This document shows positions 42,658-52,218 of a stretch of 62,209 nucleotides of DNA, in pieces. The position numbers and the translations under genes are program-made. Below the pieces are notes generated by a model that saw only the letters and a list, made by a program, of their open reading frames with translations, did no database searches and was not told the origin of the DNA. Source of the stretch: an uncultured Gammaproteobacteria bacterium (lineage in GTDB: Bacteria; Patescibacteriota; Patescibacteriia; UBA9934; CAZDDW01); NCBI GenBank assembly GCA_964480695.1, contig CAYZPO010000001.1:2160-64368 (forward strand). The letters run 5' to 3'. How positions within the stretch are numbered: the first letter of the stretch is position 1; every line of letters begins with the position of its first letter.

Positions 42658-43704
42658 ATGAAAATTTTGGGAATTGAAACAAGTTGTGATGAGACTGCTG
42701 TGGCCTTGGTTGAGGGTGAAGGAGATCGAGTTAAGGTTGAGAAGTCATTAGTCGCATCACAAATTAAAGATCATGCTGAGTACGGTGGGGTAGTGCCAGA
42801 GATCGCGGCGCGGAAGCATGTTGATGTTTTATTTGGGTTGCTTGAGGCCTCTGAGATTTCGAAGAATGGAGACGGGATCGATGCGATCGCCGTGACTCGA
42901 GGTCCGGGTTTGGCTCCGGCGCTTCGTGTCGGAGTTGCTGCGGCTAAGACTCTAGCGACGCTATGGAAGAAACCACTGGTGGGAGCGAATCATCTTGAGG
43001 GGCATATTTATTCGACCCTGCTGGGACCGACCCCGCCAGCGGCGGGGTCAAAGGTGACAGACTTACGTCTGTCATTCCCCGCGGTGTGCCTTCTTGTATC
43101 CGGGGGTCACACTGAGATTGTATTGATGAAGGATCACGGAGTTTACGAGCATATTGGAGAGACGCGAGATGATGCTGCTGGTGAGGCTTTTGATAAAGTG
43201 GCTAAGCTACTTGGTTTGGAATATCCAGGTGGACCGATTGTTTCGAAGATGGCGGAAGATGGTGATCCAGCAGCAATCGATTTTCCTCGACCCATGATGG
43301 ACAGTGGAGATTTTGATTTCAGCTTCTCAGGTCTAAAGACAGCAGTCTTATACCATCTTCAGGCGTCGCAAAAAAAGTCCGATCGGACCAAAAGTGCGAC
43401 AACAAATGTGTGTGCGAGTTTTCAGGAGGCAGTGGTAGATGTGTTGGTGGGCAAAACAATGAAGGCTGTGGAAGAGCATCAACCAAAGTCGGTTATTCTC
43501 GGAGGTGGAGTGTCAGCTAACCAGCGTTTGCGATCTCGTTTGCAAGAAGAGGTGAAACAGGCCGGGCTTGAGTTCCTAGTAGCGCCGATTAAGTATACTG
43601 GTGACAACGCAGCCATGATTGCCGCGGCTGGATATTTTCGAGCACGCAACAAAGACTTCAGCGATCCGATGACCTTAGTCGCGGAGCCTAATTTAAAATT
43701 ATGA
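42658..43704 (+). CDS. tsaD: tRNA N6-adenosine threonylcarbamoyltransferase
   Basis: MKILGIETSCDETAVALVEG..., HLEGH, LLVSGGHTEI, GGGVSAN. Confidence 0.9.
   Translation: MKILGIETSCDETAVALVEGEGDRVKVEKSLVASQIKDHAEYGGVVPEIAARKHVDVLFGLLEASEISKNGDGIDAIAVTRGPGLAPALRVGVAAAKTLATLWKKPLVGANHLEGHIYSTLLGPTPPAAGSKVTDLRLSFPAVCLLVSGGHTEIVLMKDHGVYEHIGETRDDAAGEAFDKVAKLLGLEYPGGPIVSKMAEDGDPAAIDFPRPMMDSGDFDFSFSGLKTAVLYHLQASQKKSDRTKSATTNVCASFQEAVVDVLVGKTMKAVEEHQPKSVILGGGVSANQRLRSRLQEEVKQAGLEFLVAPIKYTGDNAAMIAAAGYFRARNKDFSDPMTLVAEPNLKL
43029..43049. repeat. GC-rich hairpin element inside the tsaD coding sequence
   Basis: GACCCCGCC-AGC-GGCGGGGTC. It is the reverse complement, at 20/21, of the hairpin at 59949-59969. 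Confidence 0.8.
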
Positions 43705-44135
43705 GCCATCAAACCAACAGCGCAGAAGCAACGCAACGACTTGGTCTAGAATTTGGCCAAGAACTTCAGGGTGGGGAAGTAATTCTTTTGGTCGGTGAGA
43801 TCGGATCAGGTAAGACAACGTTTACTCAAGGAATTGGACAGGCCCTAGGAGTTCCAGACCATATTAAAAGCCCGACCTTTGTTTTGGTTCACGAACACGA
43901 AGTTCACAAACACAAAACCGTCAAGCACTTAATTCATCTTGACGGTTATCGACTAGGAAAAACTCCGCTTTCCGAACTTGGGGTTGATCAACACTGTGGA
44001 CGAGCAGACACAATTATCGTGATTGAGTGGCCAGAGCAGGTTGAATTTGATCTAGAGAATTGTCAGGCCACGCACCGGATCGAGTTCGAACATCTAGAAG
44101 GTGATCAGCGTCAAATTACTCTGCAGCCACTTTAA
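43701..44135 (+). CDS. tsaE: tRNA threonylcarbamoyladenosine biosynthesis ATPase
   Basis: GEIGSGKTTFTQGI P-loop. ATGA overlap with tsaD. Confidence 0.85.
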   Translation: MSHQTNSAEATQRLGLEFGQELQGGEVILLVGEIGSGKTTFTQGIGQALGVPDHIKSPTFVLVHEHEVHKHKTVKHLIHLDGYRLGKTPLSELGVDQHCGRADTIIVIEWPEQVEFDLENCQATHRIEFEHLEGDQRQITLQPL

Positions 44136-45849
44136 AGACTTCGTTAACTGAGGTGACTCCTTCTACCGCTTTTAATAGACCATCCTGAACCATGGTGACC
44201 ATGCCCTGTTTTCCAGCAATCTCGCGCATCTGGAACTCAGAAACCGAACCTTCTCGCGTAGCGGTTTCCACATCCTCATTCATGATCAAAACTTCAAAGA
44301 TTCCGATCCGGCCCTTAAAGCCGGTATTGTTACAGATATCGCACCCAGCACCTTTTTGAAAAGTCACTGTATTTAGGTCTGGAACGGTCTCACCTGACTT
44401 TTCTGGAATCGCTGAAAGAATTTTTTGTACTCGTTCCAAAGCTTCTGGGCTAAGTTCATCAGCAGTCTTACATTTCTCACACACCTTGCGCACCAGACGT
44501 TGAGCAATCACCGCGTTTAACGCTGGAGCCAGCAGGAACGGCTTGACTCCCATGGAAATGAAACGTGGGATAGCGCCAGCAGCGTCATTGGTGTGGATCG
44601 TGGACAGGACCAAGTGTCCAGTTAGAGCAGCGTTAATCGAAGTCTCCGCGGTCTCAAGGTCACGGATCTCACCAACCATGATAATGTCTGGATCCTGGCG
44701 CAAGATAGAACGCAGCCCGTCTACAAAAGAGTAGTGCTTACTTGGATCGATCTGCGACTGATTGATTCCGGCCAGTTTGTACTCAACCGGATCTTCCAGA
44801 GTCAGGATTTTCACTCCTGGCTTGTTTAGTTTTTGCAAAGCAGCGTAGAGGGTGGTGGTTTTACCAGATCCAGTTGGTCCAGTACTGATGACCATGCCAT
44901 GCGGTTTCATAACTTCGGCATTTAATCTCTTGTAAACTGGTTCACGCAAACCAAGGGCAGAAAAATCAACATTAATCGCTGAGGGTTTAAGTAAGCGCAT
45001 AACAATCGACTCGCCCCAGGTGGTAGGAATGGTTGAAACACGGACTTCGGTTTTTCCTTCATCAATATAAATCGTCATGCGTCCATCTTGCGGTCGATCA
45101 ATAATATTAATCTTCAGCCCAGAAATTAGCTTGATCCGTCCGACCATCTGTTTCCACAGCTCTTTGTCCAGTTCAGCAATTTCCTGCAACTCACCGTCAA
45201 CTCGGAAACGAACAATAATACCACGCTCTTCAGCCTCAATGTGAATGTCAGAAGAATCTAGTTCCAAAGCTGCTGCGGTCAGGACAGACATCACATCTGT
45301 GACGTTTGTGTCAGCCATCATTTTTTGTACGTCAGCAAAAGAATTGATTTGTTTTCGATATTTCTTAAGTTCCTCGGCCGTGATTTCAACACCTTTAACA
45401 ATCTTTTTTATTTTTGGTAAAGCATCGTAAAGCTTATCAGCAATGCGGTAACTTTCTTCAGAGATCTGATAAATAATAACATTGGCTGAATGGCGTTCAC
45501 CCAGCTGGTAAGCTACCTCTTTGATTTCTTCCTCGGCTGGGTCAATGGCTCCAAGTCGAACTTCGCTGCCAACATGAAGGAAAACTACAGCTTTAAGTTC
45601 ACGGGATTGTTCTCGGGGAAGCAGAACTAAGGCCTCTGGAGCAACAGCAAAGCCTTTAAGATCAACGTAAGGGATGCCTGTTTTAGATGCGTGGCGTTGT
45701 GTATCGCGCTCCTTTTCTTTAAGCCCAATTTCTTGCATTTTTTCCTGAAGCTGGTCTTCAGCCCCTGGTTCTTGAGGGGTTTTGGCTCCGGTGTTTTTAA
45801 TCAGATTTTCAATTGATTGAAGTTCTTGCATATGCGGGCATTCTATCAT
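44116..45849 (-). CDS. pilB: Type II secretion/type IV pilus assembly ATPase (GspE/PilB family)
   Basis: GPTGSGKTTTLYAAL, ILTLEDPVE, IMVGEIRD, tetra-Cys CEKC..CDIC. Confidence 0.85.
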   Translation of the reverse strand: MIECPHMQELQSIENLIKNTGAKTPQEPGAEDQLQEKMQEIGLKEKERDTQRHASKTGIPYVDLKGFAVAPEALVLLPREQSRELKAVVFLHVGSEVRLGAIDPAEEEIKEVAYQLGERHSANVIIYQISEESYRIADKLYDALPKIKKIVKGVEITAEELKKYRKQINSFADVQKMMADTNVTDVMSVLTAAALELDSSDIHIEAEERGIIVRFRVDGELQEIAELDKELWKQMVGRIKLISGLKINIIDRPQDGRMTIYIDEGKTEVRVSTIPTTWGESIVMRLLKPSAINVDFSALGLREPVYKRLNAEVMKPHGMVISTGPTGSGKTTTLYAALQKLNKPGVKILTLEDPVEYKLAGINQSQIDPSKHYSFVDGLRSILRQDPDIIMVGEIRDLETAETSINAALTGHLVLSTIHTNDAAGAIPRFISMGVKPFLLAPALNAVIAQRLVRKVCEKCKTADELSPEALERVQKILSAIPEKSGETVPDLNTVTFQKGAGCDICNNTGFKGRIGIFEVLIMNEDVETATREGSVSEFQMREIAGKQGMVTMVQDGLLKAVEGVTSVNEVFKVAAE

Positions 45850-45940
45850 AAAACCCTGACGGTGTGCGAGTGGTGCACGGTGTCAGGGTTTTAAGTGGAG
45901 AGGGTTGAGGAGGTGGGGCGCGAGCTAGTCGCGTGGTTCC

Positions 45941-46336
45941 TCAGGAGGTAGGTGGAGCTAGTTCTCGGAGCCGGGCCTCGTAGGCTCGGATGAGGTTGGT
46001 CTCCTCCAGGGTGGGATCGACGAAGCATCGTCGGGCCTTGTCCAGCATGTGCTGGGCTTCCTGGACAGAAGTGAGGCACTTGGTCGGGCCGGTAGCCAAC
46101 TCATCTCGACGCTTTTGCATGGCGTCGATGTACTGGAGCTGACGCTGGCTGGCTCCTCCACGAAGAACGTCGTGGCTGATCATGAGCAGGATATCCAGCT
46201 CAGCGATCGCGCCACAGTCGTCTCCTGGCTGATGAGCACAGGGGTCGACCTCCTGGGCCGTGGCTACGGAGCTCACGAGCAGGATGATGAGGGTGGCCAG
46301 GGCGAAAACGACGGAAACAACGATAGAACGGTACAT
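45941..46336 (-). CDS. Small secreted orphan protein, cassette 1 of a tandem array
   Basis: Signal peptide MYRSIVVSVVFALATLIILLVSSVATAQE. GGAGGT SD. High GC. C-terminus ..APPTS. Confidence 0.55.
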   Translation of the reverse strand: MYRSIVVSVVFALATLIILLVSSVATAQEVDPCAHQPGDDCGAIAELDILLMISHDVLRGGASQRQLQYIDAMQKRRDELATGPTKCLTSVQEAQHMLDKARRCFVDPTLEETNLIRAYEARLRELAPPTS

Positions 46337-46455
46337 GATATACCTCCAAAGCGGTCCTCCATGGACCTACAATTGAACGGCGCCGCGAACGTGCGGCAGG
46401 TGAAGAGAACGGATTTGATTACCTCGAGCGAGATAAGCAAGTCTGCTCTTTTCAA

Positions 46456-46570
46456 AGAGTCGGTGTGGGTCCTGACAGCGTTCGTGAAGGCGAACGTGCC
46501 AGGACCCGCGACGTGAGTGGGGAGTGGGTGAGGAGGTGGGAGCGTCAGTCCTGACGCGGTTCCTCAGGGG
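46456..46570 (-). repeat. ~115-nt inter-cassette repeat R1
   Basis: About 85% identical to 47259-47372. Contains the hairpin GGGTCCTGGCACGTTCG-CCTTCA-CGAACGCTGTCAGGACCC and the GAGGAGGTGGG box. Confidence 0.8.
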
Positions 46571-47256
46571 GTGGGGTAGGTGGCCACAAGGTCGTCTTCG
46601 AGCACGGCCAGGAAGGCGACCCGAGCCAGATCGAGCCGTTGCTGATCGAGCCGCTCTTCCAGGCTCTGGATCAGATCCTGGTAGATACGTTGCTCGGGGT
46701 AGGTCTCTCTGGCTTTGGCTAGGCTCTGCTCAAGGATCCAGATTCGGACTGCGATTCGATCGCGCCAGATTTCCTTGCTCCACCATCCGTTCGGGCAACG
46801 CTGGTACTGATGCAGAGCCAGAACCTCGGGGGCCGGGTTGCTCCAGTCGTTGATCTGTCGCTCGAGGTACTGGACGAACTCCTCGCCCGGGTCGCCGTAG
46901 TCGGCCACGTGCTCGCGGACCAAGTCGAGCTCGTCCCGGAGCTCCGAGACCGCCTCATCCCAGATCAGGTCCTGGTACGAACAGGGGCCGGGCTCGGTCT
47001 GGCGGAACTCGACAGTGGCCGTGTCGAGCGGGTCGACCATCTCCTGGGCGGAGGCCTGATCGATGATCAGGTAGGCGGCCACCAGCGAAAGGACGGCCAG
47101 GAGGGTCGCGTGGAGAGTGTGCTGGGACATTGTATTCAACTCCTCGTGTGATTGAATGTCCGATCGTTGTGTGGGCGAAAATTTTTCGATGGTGCCCACG
47201 GTGAAGGAAACAGGTTTAGCTATCTCTAACGAGTTAAACAAATCCGTTTCTTTCAA
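46564..47256 (-). CDS. Secreted/membrane-anchored orphan protein, cassette 2 (start either TTG 47256 or ATG 47130)
   Basis: From ATG 47130 (AGGAG SD): MSQHTLHATLLAVLSLVAAYLIIDQASAQE..., a signal peptide. The in-frame 42-codon upstream extension starts at TTG. C-terminus ..TYPTP. Confidence 0.55.
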   Translation of the reverse strand: MKETDLFNSLEIAKPVSFTVGTIEKFSPTQRSDIQSHEELNTMSQHTLHATLLAVLSLVAAYLIIDQASAQEMVDPLDTATVEFRQTEPGPCSYQDLIWDEAVSELRDELDLVREHVADYGDPGEEFVQYLERQINDWSNPAPEVLALHQYQRCPNGWWSKEIWRDRIAVRIWILEQSLAKARETYPEQRIYQDLIQSLEERLDQQRLDLARVAFLAVLEDDLVATYPTP

Positions 47257-47258
47257 CT

Positions 47259-47372
47259 AAGAGTCGGTGTGGGCCCTGGCAGTGTTCGTGAAGGCGAACG
47301 TGCCAGGACCCGCGACGGGTTGGGAAGAAGTGAGGAGGTGGGAACACGACTCAGTCGCGCGATTCCTCGATG
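47259..47372 (-). repeat. ~115-nt inter-cassette repeat R2
   Basis: See R1. A third, more diverged copy lies at about 45850-45945. Confidence 0.8.
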
Positions 47373-47740
47373 GGGGGAAGCGGGGGGTTCCAGAAGGTGT
47401 CGATCTCCTTCCGTGGCGCCCCATCCATGACGGAACGCATGTACCTGACACCGTCGGTCACCCCGCTGATCAGGCAGTCGGTTCCCGGACACTCGATGAA
47501 GCACGAGGTCTCGGATTTCAACCCGCTGTCGCAGATCAGACCGGCGGACAAGACGGCATCGCTGATTGCCTCGATCTCGATCTCCTGGTCAGCGACCTGG
47601 GTCTCAAGCTCGGCGATCTCGGCCTTAGCAGCCTGGACACGTGCTGTCATCAGCTAGTAGGTCGGTGCGGCTCCGGTGAGAACAACAGCGATCACGATGG
47701 CGGAGAAACCAGCGTAGTACCAGAATCTTTTCATGTTCAT
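47351..47740 (-). pseudogene. Cassette 3: signal-peptide ORF interrupted by an in-frame TAG (47654-47656)
   Basis: AGGAGA SD, then ATG 47740: MNMKRFWYYAGFSAIVIAVVLTGAAPTY-TAG-L-MTARVQAAKAEIAELE... (the 99-aa track ORF 47351..47650 is in the same frame). Confidence 0.5.
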
Positions 47741-47988
47741 GGAAATGTCTCCTATTGGACGTTGATGCGTGCCACAAAGGCGGAAAAAGAAAACCAGGTC
47801 TATTCATCTCTTAAGGGAGAGGTAAATAAACCTGGTTCTCCGAATAAAAATTAGGTTAGTTCTCTCTCCCAAGATTAGCTATATAATACCATATTTTAGC
47901 CAATTTGTCAATGGGGGAGGAAACAAAAAATTGACTCAATTTAGGTAAAAAGAAGAGTCAATTTTTTACTAAATTTACAGCGTTGAGC

Positions 47989-48960
47989 TTAAATAAGCCT
48001 CAGGGTCTGAGCGAACCGGCGCAGCTTTGGAGTCAGGCCTTTAGTGCGTAATTTTTCATAAACCAGGGTCCAGACAACGTATTGATAGGCTGTGAGTATG
48101 CCGCCGATCAGGATCGAGAGCAGGGTTCCGATAAGGGTTACAATCATACTGACAACCGAGGTGGCGTAAGTGTAACTGGTCATGACCGCGGCTGTGAAGA
48201 TCAGACTGTAAGGGAGCCAGAGCAGAATCCAGATCAGGAAGACTATGAGCGCTCCGACCAGACCAATTAGGAACAGAAGCAGAGCTGTTTCAAAACAGAC
48301 TAGCGGGTGATGGCGAACTACGTTCCAGGTTTCTTCGATCGCTTCATGTAAGTTGTGCCGTCCGCGGACAACCGAGGCAATAGTTAGAATCGAGAACAGG
48401 GAAATAGCCAGGACCAAGATAATCATGGCCACCAGAATAACAAAAGAAGCCACGGTGTCGCCAGTGGTTGAGCCCTGGAACAGAGCCAAAGGCAGGGCAG
48501 AGAAAGCAAGCAAGGCCCCGACCAGGATTTTGGCTATTAGATCAATGACTAAGATTTGGAAAAAGATTTTCTTTGGAGCTTGGAGCAGTTTTTTAGTCTT
48601 GAGTTTGTTTCGTGATAGAGCTCCTTTGAATAATCCGTATTGCGAGAGAATGGCCAGGATCAAAAGAACTAGAATGACCAGGCTGATCAAGGTGATCGTG
48701 ATAATAGTGCGTGTTGGGGAAAGGGTACTGAACTGATTAAAAAATAAACGGATTGAATCTAGTCCAGGGATGGCGTTATTAAGGAAGAGCTTGGTTAAGG
48801 ATACAGTCGGATCAGCCGGAGTTAAAGCCCGAAAACCGATTTCTAAAACCGCTCCAGTGTTGATTAGTCCTGCCAGGATACCCAAAAACCACAGACGTGG
48901 TTGTTGCCTGAGCAGTTTGGTCGCCTTACTGAAAAGCGGACGATAAATTGGTTTTGACAT
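47989..48960 (-). CDS. Polytopic membrane protein, family not recognised
   Basis: 323 aa, about 6 TM segments, low GC. Upstream of ftsH on the same strand. Confidence 0.6.
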   Translation of the reverse strand: MSKPIYRPLFSKATKLLRQQPRLWFLGILAGLINTGAVLEIGFRALTPADPTVSLTKLFLNNAIPGLDSIRLFFNQFSTLSPTRTIITITLISLVILVLLILAILSQYGLFKGALSRNKLKTKKLLQAPKKIFFQILVIDLIAKILVGALLAFSALPLALFQGSTTGDTVASFVILVAMIILVLAISLFSILTIASVVRGRHNLHEAIEETWNVVRHHPLVCFETALLLFLIGLVGALIVFLIWILLWLPYSLIFTAAVMTSYTYATSVVSMIVTLIGTLLSILIGGILTAYQYVVWTLVYEKLRTKGLTPKLRRFAQTLRLI

Positions 48961-48977
48961 ATCCTCCTTTTAGTCTC

Positions 48978-50783
48978 TTATTTAAAGAGTGCTTCGAACT
49001 GTTCACGTTCGATTGTTTCTTTTTCTAGAAGCTCCTTAACAATGGCTTCTAGTTTGTCTTTGTGATCAGTGATAGTTTTCTGAGCTGTTTGTTGGGCGTT
49101 GTTAATCAGGCTAGTAACTTCTTGGTCAATGTCTTGAGCAGTGGCTTCTGAATAATCTCGCTGTTCACGAATTTCCTTGCCTAAGAAAACCATTTCTTCA
49201 CGTTCGCCAAAAGTACGTGGTCCAAGTTTTTCTGACATGCCGTAACGAGTAACCAGATCACGAGCTAAATGTGTGGCCCGTTTTAGATCATCTGAAGCAC
49301 CAGTTGTAACGTCTTTGAAAATGTCCATTTCTGCTACATGACCTCCGAGCAACACAGCCATGTCGTCAAGGAACTCAGATCGAGAGTGTAGTTTGCGATC
49401 TTGGGTCGGCAGCTTCAAAGTGTATCCAGCAGCTTGACCTCGGCCAATGATTGAGATCTTGTGGACCGGATCAGCGTTTGGGAGCATGTGAGCCACCAAA
49501 GCGTGTCCAGCTTCATGGTAGGCAGTAATCTTTTTCTCCTGGTCTGAGAGTACGTGGCTTTTGCGTTCTGGTCCGAGCAAGACTTTTTCAACTGACTCTA
49601 ACACTTCGTCAGCATGGATTACCTTTTTGTCACGTCGGGCAGCCAGGATAGCCGCTTCGTTCAACAGGTTGGCTAAATCAGCTCCGGAAAAACCAGGCGT
49701 GCGCTCAGCTACTTTGCGTAGTTCCACTTTTTCAAGTGGCTTGTTCTCACCATGAATTTTTAGAATAGCTTCACGATCGTTAATGTCTGGGAGGTCTAAG
49801 ATCACACGACGATCAAAACGTCCTGGTCGCAACAACGCTGGGTCAAGAACATCAGGGCGGTTGGTGGCGGCAATAACGATCACGCCGAGATGAGGATCAA
49901 ATCCATCCATCTCCACCAGAATTTGGTTCAGAGTCTGCTCACGTTCATCATGACTTCCACCAAGACCAGCTCCACGCTGTCGTCCGACTGCATCAATCTC
50001 ATCGATAAAGACGATGCACGGTGCGTTCTTTTTGGCCTCATTAAATAGATCACGCACACGAGAGGCTCCAACACCAACGAACATCTCGACAAACTCAGAT
50101 CCAGAGATGTGATAGAACGGCACATCAGCTTCACCGGCTACAGCTCGTCCGAGCAAGGTCTTACCAGTTCCTGGAGGGCCCATGAGCAAAACGCCTTTAG
50201 GAATTTTGGCTCCTAACTCAACAAATTTTTTCGGGGTCTGTAGAAACTCAACTACTTCGTGCAGCTCTTCTTTGGCTTCTTTAACTCCGGCCACATTTTT
50301 GAAAGTGATCTTGTCTTTGTTTTTCTCAGCCTTCTTAGCTCCGGATTGACCGAACTGCATCGCTTTCATGTTCGCTCCTTGGAACTGACGCATGAAAAAG
50401 AAGATGATCACGATCAGAAGCAGAAGAGGGATCAGGCTTGGTAAGATAATACCCATGAAGTAACTCCGCCCGCTGGCCCCTTCGATATCAATGGCAATGC
50501 CAGCCAGTTCGTCTGGCTCAACTCCGTAGTTAGTCAGCAACTCAGATAAGGACTCACCGCCTTCTTTACGAGTGATGGCTTCGCTACCATCGGTTTGAGT
50601 AATTGTGACCTCGTTCTCTTTTACTAAGATGCGATCGACTTGACCATTATGAACTCGTTCGACCAAAGTTCCGATTCCGATTTCTTCTGGTTTGTCTGTA
50701 GTCATGTTATAGGTCGATAAAATCGCACCAACAACCAAGATGGTGATCACAAAGAGAATAATATTTTTTGAAAGTGGTTTCAT
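48978..50783 (-). CDS. ftsH: ATP-dependent zinc metalloprotease FtsH
   Basis: [34 protein letters not shown]. Confidence 0.95.
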   Translation of the reverse strand: MKPLSKNIILFVITILVVGAILSTYNMTTDKPEEIGIGTLVERVHNGQVDRILVKENEVTITQTDGSEAITRKEGGESLSELLTNYGVEPDELAGIAIDIEGASGRSYFMGIILPSLIPLLLLIVIIFFFMRQFQGANMKAMQFGQSGAKKAEKNKDKITFKNVAGVKEAKEELHEVVEFLQTPKKFVELGAKIPKGVLLMGPPGTGKTLLGRAVAGEADVPFYHISGSEFVEMFVGVGASRVRDLFNEAKKNAPCIVFIDEIDAVGRQRGAGLGGSHDEREQTLNQILVEMDGFDPHLGVIVIAATNRPDVLDPALLRPGRFDRRVILDLPDINDREAILKIHGENKPLEKVELRKVAERTPGFSGADLANLLNEAAILAARRDKKVIHADEVLESVEKVLLGPERKSHVLSDQEKKITAYHEAGHALVAHMLPNADPVHKISIIGRGQAAGYTLKLPTQDRKLHSRSEFLDDMAVLLGGHVAEMDIFKDVTTGASDDLKRATHLARDLVTRYGMSEKLGPRTFGEREEMVFLGKEIREQRDYSEATAQDIDQEVTSLINNAQQTAQKTITDHKDKLEAIVKELLEKETIEREQFEALFK

Positions 50784-50833
50784 AGTATGTCAATTATAGC
50801 CGAAAACCGCCTGGAGTTCCAGGCGGCCTTGGT

Positions 50834-52021
50834 TTATTCTTTAGTCTCCCCGGCGGAGCTAGGTCCGGCTTCGCCGGATTCTATTTCCTTTTCCTTTTCT
50901 TCATCCGCCTTTGGCTTATCTACCGGTGTTTCTTCATCAAGTTTTAATGACAAGCCCAGTCGATGCTCTTGAGGTTCAATTGAGACAATGCGGAACTTCT
51001 TAGTTTCTCCGATCTTACCTAGCTGACTAATATCAGCTCCTGGTGCTTTGTCCATTTCGCTAACGTGAGCTAGACCGTGGATATCCTGATCAAGTTCAAC
51101 AAAGAAACCAAAAGGATTAATCTTCAGAATCGTTCCTTCTACAATATCGTTGATCTTGTATTTTTCAGCCACATTAGTCCATGGGTCAGCAATTAGTTTT
51201 TTCATTGAGAGAAAAATCTTAGAACCTTCAATGCCGATAATTTCTGCATCAACCTCATCACTTACTTTAATTAGATCACGGGGATGATCAATACGCTGCC
51301 AAGCAATTTCTGAGATGTGGACCAGGCCTTCCAGAGAATCGAATTTAACGAAAGCTCCGAAGTCAGCTACCGCAGTAACAGTACCTTTAACTTTATTACC
51401 GACCTTGTATTGGGAGATAACGTCTTTCTGGCGCTCTTCCCAAACCGCTTTTTCAGAAACGATTAATTTTTCCTCTGGTTCATTAACATCAATTACTCGA
51501 GCGTCGATATTTGATCCAACAAAGCTCTTGAGCTTGTCCAGAATTTTCTGTTTGTCACCACCACTAACTCGTGGATAGTTTTCTGGAGACAGTTGAGAAA
51601 CTGGCAAGAATCCAGTGATGTGCTTGAGTTTGATAATCAAACCACCCTTGTTAGCTTCAACAACTTTAACTGGGAGAACTTCACCAGAAACAAATAGCTT
51701 GCGCAACTCTTCCCAAGCTTTCTGTTGACCAGCAAAACGGAAAGAAAGTTCCATTTCACCGTTCTCATTTTCTAGATCGATCACAGTTGCCTCAACCTCT
51801 TCGCCTGGCTGGGCTCCATCATCTTCTGCAGCTTCAGCAAAAAGTTCGCGACCCCGGACAACACCAGTGGTCACGCCTTCAATTTCAACTCGCACCTCAC
51901 GTCGGCTAGCACTGATCACTTTTCCTTTGACCACGTCTCCAACCTGAGGAATTTTTTTAAGATAGTCGCCTTCAACCAGCAGTTTTTCAAACTGGGTGGT
52001 GGGCTGGGTTACTTTTGTCAT
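50834..52021 (-). CDS. rpsA: 30S ribosomal protein S1 (four S1 domains, acidic/Lys-rich tail)
   Basis: Four repeats of the G..V.G.V......G..V.. type (GDVVKGKVISAS.., GEVLPVKVVEAN.., GNKVKGTVTAVA.., NDIVEGTILKIN..). Confidence 0.85.
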   Translation of the reverse strand: MTKVTQPTTQFEKLLVEGDYLKKIPQVGDVVKGKVISASRREVRVEIEGVTTGVVRGRELFAEAAEDDGAQPGEEVEATVIDLENENGEMELSFRFAGQQKAWEELRKLFVSGEVLPVKVVEANKGGLIIKLKHITGFLPVSQLSPENYPRVSGGDKQKILDKLKSFVGSNIDARVIDVNEPEEKLIVSEKAVWEERQKDVISQYKVGNKVKGTVTAVADFGAFVKFDSLEGLVHISEIAWQRIDHPRDLIKVSDEVDAEIIGIEGSKIFLSMKKLIADPWTNVAEKYKINDIVEGTILKINPFGFFVELDQDIHGLAHVSEMDKAPGADISQLGKIGETKKFRIVSIEPQEHRLGLSLKLDEETPVDKPKADEEKEKEIESGEAGPSSAGETKE

Positions 52022-52164
52022 AGTTATTTTCCGCTAGCAGTCTGGGTCAGAATCGACCTGGAGGCCAACGGGGCTAATAATTAATGAAGTTTATAGCGGC
52101 CGAAGTATAGCAGAGGGACTAAAAAGCGTCAAGATTTAGCCTTAAAATAAGGGGGTATTTTTGC

Positions 52165-52193
52165 TTGTCAAATAAGCTTGGGCATGGTAGAAT
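52165..52193 (+). promoter_or_regulatory. Promoter of the MBL-fold hydrolase gene
   Basis: TTGTCA-17 nt-TAGAAT with a TGG extended -10. Confidence 0.55.
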
Positions 52194-52218
52194 ATTGGCG
52201 TTATTTATCTTAGATTTT

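Noticed and set aside
46049-47854. Plus-strand ORFs 46049-46516 and 47267-47854, which share ..VFVKANVPGPAT..
   Set aside because: The shared peptide is just the translated inter-cassette hairpin repeat on the opposite strand. The minus-strand cassettes have SDs and signal peptides.
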